Origin: the human T2T-CHM13v2.0 reference genome, Homo sapiens
NCBI RefSeq assembly: GCF_009914755.1
Contig: NC_060940.1
Strand: one strand, 5' to 3'
DNA: 64,000 nt
Below the pieces are notes generated by a model, which saw nothing but the letters and a program-made list of their open reading frames with translations, was not told the DNA's origin and made no database searches. This document shows, one piece after another, positions 39,580-51,845 of the stretch (position 1 is its first letter; every line of letters begins with the position of its first letter). The position numbers were made by a program, and so were the translations under genes.

Positions 39580-42190
39580 TTTCTATCTTGCAAAAGCCCC
39601 TGGCTTGAACGAGCATTTTATTTGTGGTGGTGATTTTTCATATAATCTGATAAAGCGAGATTTCACTGTGGACGAATGTACTCGAAAATTGCCTACTAAA
39701 TAAATTAACAGGTTATCTTATTGGGATAATAAACACACTCCTTTTCTATTTCCTCACACGAAGTCTAAGCTTTACATTTCAGCCCTCGGGGCTTTAGCAT
39801 TATTATTTTTAATGACTGAACACAAGTCTTTCATTTAGCTTGTTTGTATAGTTACTGTAAATGATCTTTCTGCTGTTGGTACTTCATTTGAAATTCTGCA
39901 TGTTATGCTAGCTTTAAAAGCTTTGAGGGGGCCTTGGAGAATTGGGAAGCTGTATTAAGCACAGCATCTTCTAGTGGCATTGGAAACGGGCTATGGCAGA
40001 AAAGTCAGAGAGGGTGTGTTAAGAAAGTACGCCTGCATGTATAAATCAAAGTCTGAGTTTGAGTGACGCGTACACAAACAGTGGTGGTTTCGGTGGCAGG
40101 TTGAGAACTCGCCATTGTAAAGTAAGAGAGCCATTCCCTTAGCTGGTGATTTCTCCTTGTGTGTTTCTGAGCACTTTTATTGCATTCACACATCTACTAG
40201 TTTTTGTACGAAGAGTGCCTCAGATCATTACACTGCGGCTGTATAAGAGACCTGGTTTGGAGGGATTTGAAGGACACATGGAATAGTGAATTCATGTCCA
40301 AAGAGGCACCGGGCTTTCTGAAGGAAGTATTCGTCTGAGCTTTTGATGATGGGGGCATGAGAGTTGGATATTTGTGAGTTTTCTAGTGAATGCTAGTGAA
40401 CTCAGACCAGGGATTGCAGATTCAGATGTCTGTAGGCCATGGTAATCATGTATGTAGATAAAGCCAGAGAGGTGAGACACTGTTAAGTTCAAGGCAAAAC
40501 ACACGTGTGTGTGTATGCCAGAATCTGCATAGAGTAGAACAATGTTACAAGGTCACAGAGGCAATACCCAGATTGTCTTCTGGTCTCCTGGCCAGCGGAC
40601 ATTCACACTTTGTCTCAAGTGGGCAGCCAGGCAGCTGCTATCCAGCCTTGCGAGGAGGCAGGATCTATGTTAGTAGGTCTTCCACATTTTCAACAGAAGT
40701 GGAACATTCATATTGTATGTGTATGCTTCCGAAGTCTCACAGTGATTTAAATGTTAGCATGAATTCAAATATTTGTAACTGTTAGGCTAATCAAAACATG
40801 TGTGGAGCCTGGACATTGTGGGCAGGATTCTGCTATAGAATGAAAGTCCTGACTGCTTTGAATTAAAAACCTTCTCCATCTTCTCACACTTCTCAAGAAT
40901 AGAAGGAATGACCCTGGCTGGGAGACCAGGACACAATCTGTGTATTGCCTCTGTGACCTTGTGACCTTGTAACATTGCATTATTCCATGTAGGTTCTTGC
41001 GCGTGAGTGTGTATGTGTGTACGTGTGTGTTGCCTTGAACTTGGCACTATTTCATCTTTCCTTTTATAAACAAAGTATATGAGAGTTTCCAAAAGTGAAT
41101 GAGGTGTATATGGTGCTCATTGTCACCATAAAAAGGTGTCCACAAAAATGTTGGCAGTTTTGAATTTGATAAAGGGTTTAATTCTCAGAAAGGAAGGACT
41201 GGGACTTCATTGCTAGTGAATCACCATTTCTCCTGTTACACCCTTGAGCTCCTGCTTTAGCTCCCATCTCCTCCATGGGGGAACCCAGCTGTTCTTTCAC
41301 TGTAGAAGTGAAGCTTGAACAAAGATGTCATGTGGCCAGAATCATCTTTTAGTCTCACCACTCCACACTGATGGTCACATAGAGGTGTGAGTTGGGAAGT
41401 TGTTAAATACAAGAGGGTTTGAGCTTCTGGAGAAGAGGAAAATGTAAAAGTATTTTTTCCTTTAAGAAAGATAAAAAGGTAAGCCTAAACCTTGGCGGCC
41501 ACCGAAGTCAGCTGTTACGCATGTGTAGTTAAATTTCACTGTAAATATTTCATAAGGGTTCTTAGAATGGAGCCAGGTTGACATCACAGCCCCAACTGTA
41601 CCAAAGGAACCATTTCATTCAAATAAGCCAACATTTCCAAAGAAACACGAATGTCTATGGCAGAGTTAACATAAGGTCAGAAAATCCTCTGGAAGAAATT
41701 TCGGTATCAATGTTTATAATCTCTGCATTTATGGATTTGCAGTTTGTGCAAAAAAAAAAAAAAACCCAGTGAGACTTTATTTTGGTTAAATAAGACTAGC
41801 TTGTGAAATAGTCTGTATATCCAGATCCATCCTAACCCAATGCCTTGGCAGCCTTTTGGATAAATAATGTCTTTTCCAAAATGTGTGTATTTGAAAAAGG
41901 AAGAGGAAAATTAAGTGGCAAACTGTGTCTCTGGGTTGCCATAAACGAACAGAATCCAGAAACAGAAAGCAAAGACTGACAGTTCATTCGTTCTTTAAAC
42001 AAATTACATAGCTGTACGTTTATTTACTGATGCATGAAGGGTTGCAGTGAAGAGCAAAATGTTTACCCTAACTACTTTCATTTTCTTTTTTTGGGGGGGG
42101 AAAGTAAAGGTTTATTTAAACATTTTTTTTTTTTTTGGTGTGTAACACAAAATCTATATGAGGTTTAGAGGCATTTGGCAGGAAAAAAAA
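39580..42190 (+). ncRNA. Putative giant rod-like RNA stem-loop (~2.6 kb imperfect inverted repeat)
   Basis: Nested complementary blocks symmetric about ~40735; core 40467-40595 pairs with 40914-41060; G:U bias on the + strand. The inverted repeat is seen directly; RNA function is inferred. Confidence 0.7.
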
Positions 42191-42200
42191 AGATATTCAC

Positions 42201-42206
<6 letters not shown>

Positions 42207-42260
<54 letters not shown>
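42207..42260 (+). repeat. Pure poly(A) tract, A54
   Basis: 54 consecutive A, not attached to a recognisable Alu or L1 3' end. Confidence 0.95.
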
Positions 42261-42262
<2 letters not shown>

Positions 42263-44099
42263 TAATCCATGCTCACAGATGGTCCTGTTCAGGTGCTATT
42301 TTAATTATGAGGTAAAAAAACAGCCCCACACAGTAGGAAGTCGTCTTAATAAATGGACTGGAGCTTTTGTCTTCAAGCGTCAAAAAGCCTCGTTACTGAG
42401 AAATTTAAATACTTTGTATTATAGGGGAGAGTCTCAAAATGACCAGGATACTTGGAGAAAGCAAAATGATGGATTCTTCTAAAGATCAAATGAGTATACG
42501 AGAAATGTTTTACAATTGTATAGCTTTGAGCTTCCTTAGTATTGGTCATTTTAGTGATATTTTTTCCAGTGATAAATGTCGTAGATATATTCATGCAGCC
42601 AGAGGAAAAATAAACAGAACAAATTACAAATACATTTAAAAAATTTTAATCCACGTGGAAGTATTTCTTTCCTGTTCTTAAGCGCAAAGGGCTGCTTTGC
42701 CCTTCATGTGAGAGAGTGCCCAGAAGAACTAATAGTAATTCAAATGATGCGGTAACTTACAGCTTGCATTAATAACACACAAATAGAACAGCCTTCTTAC
42801 TAAATATTAGTAATATAATAATGTTTTACTGTCTTTCCCATAGTGGGGAATTATGAGGACCTCATGTTAGGACCTCAGTGTCCTGACATAGTTAATTATC
42901 CGTGGATAATGGCTTCAGCCACCAGAGTTCTCAGTGAGGCAGCTTTGTTGTTGAGGGCTTATTAAGTGTTTGCAGACTCAGGTGCGGTGCACCTAGGCTC
43001 TTTCCTACAGAAGCAAACAGCTGTGTTGGCTTTACCGTATTATACATCACATAAAGCATCTCATTTATTATAACGAAGCTAATGATGCTAGTGGAAACCT
43101 TTATGTCCCGTTCTATATAGTGATAATATATTTGCTGTAAAGTTGTTAGCTTGTTTTTCGTAAGTAATTAATCTTTTCTTATGCCAAATGTATCACATGA
43201 AAATGGGTTAGCACAGGGTCAAAATACATTTAAACCAGTCTGCAGAGATTGGATAAGACCTTTGAATAGAGCATCACTTTTTTTCTTTCACAAGGACCTC
43301 ACCCCGTCTCCAAGCTACCCCCCAACACAATGCTCACATTACTAGGAACTTAGGCTAATAACAGGGAACTGCTTTCAGTTTTTTAGTGCTGAGATAGGAT
43401 TCAGACCTGAATGTGTACTAAGCCAAGTAAGCTTAGTGACAATCATCCATGTTCAGTCCCTTAACAAGGCTGTGTATTGTCCATGTGGATAATTTTGGTG
43501 GTGGGTTTCTGTCTAATCTACAGTGACTTTGAGTTTGTGCCTAGGGAGACTCTAGTGAAATGTGCCAAGGCCTAGTTCAGAGAGTCCTGAAGTAGTGCGC
43601 TGTGCGTGGCACACAGATGATTCTGTGAGACACTGATGAATACTTTTTATTTGAAAATTTATATGCTTTGCTTTTTGTGTATATAGGGAGACATTTGAAA
43701 TTCACTCTCAGCAATTTTGAAATCATGCACTCTATTATTATTAACTGTGTTACACTGCTATGCAATATATCTCAAAAACTGATTCCTCCTGTCTAACTGA
43801 ATATATTTTACGTTAGGTTAGAAAAGCATAATTAGAATATTGGATCCATGGTTTTCAACTAATATTATTGAGGACAAGACTCAAATCAATCTTGTTTTTT
43901 TTTTTAAGTTGATTTAAAGAAAAATGCTAGAAATGCAATAATGTGGGTGGTTCATGGATATGGCTAAAATCATGATAGTGGATCACATCATCAAAGTTTA
44001 TAAAATGCTGGCCTTATAAACTGGAGGGGTGCAGAAACATATGTTTCAATCATAATTATGCTATTGATTATGAAGAAGATGCTGATCATCATCATCATC

Positions 44100-44350
44100 A
44101 TAATAATAGCAGCTAACCTCCACTGAGTCTTTACTGTATGCCAGGTACTATTCTACGTGTTTTGCCCATATTCCTTACTTACTCCTCACACCAACCCAGT
44201 GAAGTAGTTTTGTTTTGTTTTCTTTCATTTTATAGTTAAGGTGACTAAGACCCAGAGAGGTTAGGGAATTTACTCAGGATAGCACAGGTTGTCAGTGGTC
44301 AAGCCAGGATTTGAGCCCAGGCAGTCAGCTTCTGGTGTCTTCTTCTTAAT
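44100..44350 (-). mobile_element. MIR
   Basis: tactgtatgccaggtacta...agccaggatttgagcccaggcagtc. Confidence 0.78.
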
Positions 44351-47284
44351 CTACTTCCTTTTGTGATAGATTAAGAAATATTATTCTCTCTCTGTTCTCT
44401 AAAGAAGAAAGGTGGAGAAGCAACATGGAAACATGCAACATAGCATATGATAATGCCATGATTATCCATGTTTTCTGAAGGGCTCTAACCTGTGCAGCTG
44501 ACTGGACCCTGCTGAGCCTTTGGCTTCCTTATGTAGCATCCTGGATGTGTACTAGAGCAGATGACAAGGGTCAGTGGAGCAAAAAAAATCTTTGGCAACT
44601 TCCCATATTTTCGTACTTAGAAAAGTATCATAATTCTTTTCCCCAGTCACTTTAAATATATGCAAGCAGTATCTAATCTTGTGGGAAACTGAAAGTGAAA
44701 CTCTCTAGCAAAGAGCATGGTTATATTCCAAGGCAGAAGAGACAGAGTTAACCTATGAAAATTAACCTTGACTGTCAACAAATGTGCTGAAATGGGTGGA
44801 AGAATACAGCCCACAAGACTGAGATGTGGGTGGGAATTGGATCTGCCAGGTCCCAGAGCTAGACCTAATGCACATGTTTGAAGTTCTTCTGTGACTCTCG
44901 ATTAACCTTGATTTAAAGTTCCAGAAAAATGCTCAAGCAGGTGAGAATTCTCATACTGTCTTTCTCATTTGATATTTTTCTGAGCCAAAGTGCCTACTTT
45001 TTTTGAGCGGTATTTATGACTAGTTACATTGCACAAGGAAACTTGACTTGGGTGAGGTGTTAAGGTATGGAGAAATGGATAATTGGGAAACTTAGAAAAC
45101 CCGTCCAATGAACGTTTCCAAGTCACCCTCCCCACGGGCCTAGAGTCATCATGAACAATTACTTGAGAATTGTGAAGGGCTCAAAGAGGAAAACTGCAGA
45201 ACAAAATGGGTTGAAAGAATGTATACTTTTGTCATTTCGACTTGAAGCCAGGGGCTAAAACTCATGTCTTACACCATTGTAGTCTACAACCATTTAATTT
45301 GCTAACAAGACTTAACTGATCAGGATCTGCAACCTCCTTCTCCAGTATAATCAAAACAAGAAGCATTTGGCTCTGGAAAGTAAACGTTGTCTATCTTTTA
45401 TTGTCTGGCCCCACCATTTTCTTTCTGGCAGGCTGAGATGAAACAGAAAGCTGATATTTGGAGCCACTGGAATTGTAGGCCTTGTAATTTAGAAATATCC
45501 ATTTTATCCCGTGTAATTTCTTCCCTAAGATTCCTCAGTCTAAATCTGATACAGGTAGGAGCCAAGACAAACAGTAACCATTTATAGTCACCCAGACCAG
45601 TTTGAATTTCACTCTAATGTAAAGCAAAAAGAGTTTTTGGCTTCATTTCAGGTGTGTAACAGGGGTAGAAAATGCATTTAAAATTTAGCAGCAAATGTTA
45701 CCATATGTTTCCATAACAACTGCAAACTTTTATGTTAGAAAAGCAATAATATAAACACGTAGGAATCTTGGAACAGCAAACTATTAATTTACCAAATATA
45801 AAAAAATCCAGCATGAAGGGGCTTTTATAGCCACAGAAGCCATGAGGGGCCCAGCATCCTGTGAATTTCTCCATTATGTGGCAGAAAATGCTGCTGGTTC
45901 ATTTAAATGAGCAAATCTTTTAAAATTATAGGTACAGTGTCCATTCTCCACAGTGCATTTTTGTGAAACAATGTGTGGTGATGCCAGCTATGGCTGAATT
46001 CTTCTTACCATATTGAACTAGTAAAATACGCTTCGGAAGCTACTCCCAATGTATATCTGTAAAACAACAGCATTTTCTACCTTCACTTATAGCTTCAAAC
46101 TTAATGACGAAGGCTAGGGTCCTGCAGAAAGTGTAGTGCCCAGTAGTTGGCCCTAATGCTTGGCAAGGAGTAGATGTTCATAGATTGTTGATAGATATGA
46201 ACAAGGTTCTCAGTTTTCTCACCTACCCATTTTGAAATATAAAAAGACAAGGGGAAAAGGGGAAAGGTGGATCTATTTAAGCACATCTCGAGAATGAGGA
46301 GTTAGTAAGAGTTGTTGAAATCAAATTCTCTGTTCTTTGATTTCCCTGTGGAACAAAGAAATAATCTTCTTTTAACATGGCTACCTGTGGATGGGCCTTT
46401 CATTTAAAAGGAGGCAGAACTTTTTTTTTCCCTAAACCTACCTCAGAGGGTACATAGGGTTTTGAATCTTTACTACAATAAAACCAACAATGTTACCTTG
46501 TCATTTAAGGCAGATGGCGTACCTTGACTATTCCTGAAACTTGGGTTCATGATGTCACTATCATTAAACATATACCAATCAATGAAGGGTAAGTAAAGTC
46601 AAAGAGAAAAGAAGGTCAAAGGGAAGTGGCTGACATAAAACTTAGGTGCAGAACTCTGGGTGCACAGGGGATGCATTCAGGAAGGGTGCTGGTGTGGCTG
46701 CAGGGTAGAGAGAAGGGTGAAATCTTCAGAACTTTAGAAGGCAGAGTAAAGAGACGACGGTTTCAGCTGTGGCAGGGTTTTCACCTTGGCCCCTCTTTAG
46801 CTTTCACAGTAGAGCCCATGGGCTGTTGAGCCGGAAGTGGTGCAGCAGGGGCATTGGTTAGGAAGGCTCACGTCGTTAGTGGGCCAAAGGAGATGGACGC
46901 TAATGTTTAAGGAGCCTGAATGGATCTGAGAAAACGTGGCCAAGCAGAAGCAAGAGTGAGTGGCATGATTTAGAGTAGCAGAGATGGGACTGGCAAAAGA
47001 AGAGCTGCTTTGTGAAGACCTGATTCATTCCCAACTCTTTGGTGGACCTCTATTTTTAGAGCAGAAACCTAATTTCACCCAAGTTACCACCGTCTCTAAT
47101 TAGACCAGTAAGAAAGTTTCTCGTGTTTCTGTCAGTGCTTGACCAGTTCTGGAGTGTTTTATCCCATAAAGCATTCTTTAAGCATTAGTGCCATTGGAGT
47201 CTAGCATTGACCATATGGGTCCTTAATTTGTATCTGAGTATCCAGTTGCATGAAGATGGATGGTTAAGAAAAAACCCAAGAGCT

Positions 47285-47900
47285 ATTCATTTATTCCACA
47301 AATATTTACTGAACACCTAACAGTGTCCCTGGAACTGGGTATACAAGAGTGAACAAAAAAACCACAGCCTGTTTCTTGTGCTGGTAGAGCTTACAGTCTA
47401 GTGGCAGGAGGCTGACTAAAAATAAGCAAGCAAGTAAAAAAGAGGATGTCAGATAATGACATGCACTATGGAGAAAGGCAACAGGTAGGCAATTGGGGAG
47501 GGGAATGGAACTTTTTAGGGAAGCCTCATTTAAGCTGAGATGAGGGGGAAGAGAAGGAACCAGTCAATATGACAGAGGGAGAAGTAAGTGAGATGGGATG
47601 AGAGAGGAAAGAGGGGTCACATTTTAGGGTTGGAGTAAAGACTTCATCATGGAGTTTGCTGACAGATGAAACATAAATCCAAATTCTATTTACAAAGTAT
47701 ACGGAAAGTTTCCACTGTGTGGCCAGTGCTGTGTTAGGTGCTGTGGAAAACACAGTTCCTCTAATCAAGGTTATAGTTTAGTTGTTGGGAAAGAGACATA
47801 ATTGATTGTGAGATAAATGCCAAGTTAAATAACGTTGACCATAAGTACATCATGAGCTCTTTGAAATAAGTAGTCAGTGTGAATTGGGGAAGTCTTTATG
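47285..47900 (-). mobile_element. L2 fragments
   Basis: attcatttattccacaaatatttactgaacaccta...gagcttacagtctagtgg. Confidence 0.7.
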
Positions 47901-47937
47901 GAGAGACAGAGGGCATCAAAATTGGAGCTCAAAACTA

Positions 47938-48108
<171 letters not shown>

Positions 48109-48594
48109 CTATGTGTTGATGGTTTGTGTGTATCTTTAATTTTTTTCCTTGTAGTAATCATACAAAGGTGAGTGGTTTCATCCCCATGTTATAGATGATG
48201 AAACTGAATTCAGAGAAAGTTAAAGATAACTATTGACAAAACTTCAGCTCAAACCATTTAACATCTGAGAACCTAAAAATCACTGACCACTAACTAAAAA
48301 TATGACGGGCTTTGAGCATCCCTGTGATATTTCTCTCCCTGTCTCTTTCTCTGTTTTGCCGTTGATATGCTAAATGTCAGAACCAAGAGGATCTGTGTGC
48401 TTGTTTTTAGGGCTGTGGGGAGGAAAGAGTGCTCTGGGGAGTGGATGGTCTATTATGAAGCCTGTCTTTGGGAGAAAATTCTCCAAATCGAGCAGGTAGT
48501 GGCAGCTACTAAGTGATGAAGAAAGCAGATCTAGTCACTGGAGGAGAAGAGGAAAATTAGTGGAAGAAGTAGGTACTTCTTCCTTACCTTGTAA

Positions 48595-49043
<449 letters not shown>

Positions 49044-51109
49044 CACTTTGGTTTTAGAACTAAGGCAACCCTATTTAAAATGTATTTCTATAATATGTAG
49101 ATGTTTGCTTCAGGGATCTTTTCCTTAGATTATCTTTTTAAGGGTTGGCCTGGGCATAGATAGGTCAACTTTAAGATGATCTTTTTTCAATTGAGGGCAT
49201 ATCCCAATAAAATTTTCTTATCCCCTGGCTTGCCCGGGGCTGGCATTTCTGACAGACGTGTAAACAGATGCAAGCATTGTTGCTAATGACAGGTGATTAT
49301 AAGAGGCATGGAGGCCAAGGTAATTAAACCACGATTTGACAGGGACATTTGGCAATGTGATATTTCAGCATTAGAACTCTCTTTGCAACGCACTTCCTCC
49401 ACTTGGCTTGGTGAATATAATTCATTTTTATTCTTCAGAGTGTGTTGCTTTGAGATCTGAAACTGTCCTCTCTGAATTTCTTCATGGTTCATTGTAGAAC
49501 GCTAGAAAATGATTACCATTGGACGTTGTGGGAATCTAGTCAGTATCTAAGACCCTATCCAAGGTTCATCCAGTAGTAGTGGAATAGGGTCTGTGACCCT
49601 ACTGCTGGCATTGTATTTGAATATTATTATGCCCTATGTGATAGTGATAGTGCCTTTGGAGAGAAACATGAGTTATTTTCATACCACTCTAATTTCAGTT
49701 TCTCTGTTACCTGGATTTACTTGACGTTGTTCTCATGAATCAAAAGATAGCTTATTCAAATCTCTTCTTCCCTAAATTTCCACTACTGGCAGTAGGAGAA
49801 ATCTCAAATTATCAGTAACCTGGTATTAGGAGGAATGATAGTAGAAATGATCATCAAGACATGGAATTTATTTATTCATTGGAGTTGAATGTAATTTTTT
49901 TAAAGTACCTTCTTTTTGCTATCAGTAACAATGCCTCTTTAGGCATTTAGAGACCACCTCCTGCTAACCGCTAATGTGGCAAACTTATGAATATATATTT
50001 GGGGGAATCCTATCTTCTATTGTTTAAATAGCAGACCCTCATGGACTGAATATTTATAGTTTTGATATTGACTAGCTACATGAATTATATTATTTATAGT
50101 GAACATAGTAGTGTGGTTTCATCTAATAAAATAACAGGTCACATTTACTATTTGTTATGGTCCTGGCACTTGTCTAAAATAGCAACTTTTCCCAAGTAGG
50201 TCAATCCATTCCTTGACTGCAAAATCAGCTTTTTAATACTCTTGGTATAGGGCATGCGTGGCCATTTTAAGAGATCAGTGAATCGGCCCACTTAGAGAAG
50301 GTTAACCACTAGCTAGATAGCTGTTACTTTTCCTCGACCAATTTTGATTTTCCCCAGAAAGGGATGTAGAGGGAAATGAACTTGTGAGTATAGTTTCTTA
50401 TGGCAGAGGAGTGCTGAGTGATTGTGCCTCTTCCTGGGTTGCCTCCTCCAGCATGGAAAGCTTGGGAACACTTCGGCGGGCAGCCTGGGAAGCTGGCGGC
50501 CGGCTTTTACATTCTGCTTCAGGCTGCAGTCTGTTTCTAAGCAGAGGCTTTTTTAAAGCTTTGTCAGATAGGTTAAAAGGTGTCCCACCCCCGGTGTATA
50601 AAAAAGAGAGAGCGAGATTAAGCTTACTAAGCCTGCCATGTTCCCTGTAAAATATCAAGTCAAAATGATTTTGAAATCCAAAGTTACCAGGCTTAGGGGG
50701 TGTGACCTTGAGTGGAAGCAGCCTGGGAACTGGGAAGGAGAGATCTGTGCAAAAGACAATTGGCCACAGGCTGGTGGCCTCGGGAAAGCTGCCGAAGCCA
50801 AAGTGAATTGTCTCATTTCTCTGCCTTGCAGCCAACAGAGCACAACCCCAAATAAATACTCAGCCTGACTTCTAGGCCGGTGGATTCACCATGGAGCTCC
50901 AGGCAGCCAACCTTTCTCAGAGTGCCTGCTTAAAGCAAAGCCTGGGTTCAGCTCCAGCAGCTGATGGGGGTGAATAAGACAGGGTCTCTGCCCTCAGGAA
51001 GCTTAAACTCAGAAGAATACCACTAAAAATTAAAATCCTCATTGAACCCCTACAAAAGCATCCAAATCCTTTGCATGTATTATGAATGTGTTTAATCCTA
51101 AATAATAAT

Positions 51110-51845
51110 AATACTAACTAGTACATATTAAGTGCCTCTCTGTGCCAAGTACTTTTTAAGTGCTTTATGTGAATTAACTGTTACAATGGTAGGTATGTTT
51201 ATTATCTCTAATTTTAAGAAAAGGGTACGTGGAGCCAAAAGATGTCAAGTAACCTTCCCAGGGGCACAAGGCTGGGAGGCAGGGGAGCTGGGATTCCCAA
51301 GCAGGAAGTTTGGTTCCAGAGCCCATGCTCTAGGCCAGTGGTTCTGTAATTTTAGCATTAGAATCACCTGTGGGCTTGTGAAACACAGATTGCAGGCCCT
51401 TCCTGAATGGGCTTGAATAGTTGCAGTCCTAACAAATTCTCAGGTGATGTGGATGCCCACAGCTCTATGCCAAGTGGGAAGAGCACAGTGGAAACCAGTC
51501 ACTATAAAACAAGGAAAAGTGGAACATCCTGTTACTGATGTAAGCAGAGTGCTTTGAGAATGTCAGTAGTAGCTAATAATAATATTATTTATTATTATTA
51601 TAATTATTATTGTCATTATAACTGTCATTTATTGAGTGTTTGTACTGGACACTTTTGTAACCATGTAACCATTATAACTGTTACTGTGGGTAATCTCATT
51701 TAATCCACACAACAACCATATGAGGTGTTAACTGTACTGTACAGCTCAGGAAACTGAGGCACAGAGAGTTTACAAACTTGCCTAAATGACAGGCCAAGGA
51801 TTCAAACTACCCCAGCCTAATTCTGGAGCCTAAGCTTTTAACCAT
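51110..51845 (-). mobile_element. MIR fragments plus a short MER5-like piece
   Basis: ggaaactgaggcacagagag; cattagaatcacctg...aacaaattctcaggtgatg. Confidence 0.65.

Noticed and set aside
40467-41060. MITE terminal inverted repeats or a known miRNA precursor
   Set aside because: Arms match no TIR or mature miRNA that I recognise; pairing continues about 1 kb further on each side and the inner spacer is about 320 nt.
39580-42190. Endogenised deltavirus/viroid-like rod genome or a CPEB3/HDV-like ribozyme
   Set aside because: No delta-antigen-like ORF, no ribozyme core that I recognise, and AT-rich composition; only the rod topology is similar.
41880-42260. A54 as the tail of a recent processed pseudogene, or the region as the 3' end of an antisense gene (minus-strand AATAAA at ~42111-42116)
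   Set aside because: No upstream ORF, no nearby sense polyadenylation signal and no TSD found; the G:U bias of the rod favours a + strand RNA. Not formally excluded.
50398-50835. Longest ORF in the track (145 aa, minus strand)
   Set aside because: Starts at a non-ATG codon, shows no recognisable homology and has no convincing exon structure; a length expected by chance in 64 kb.
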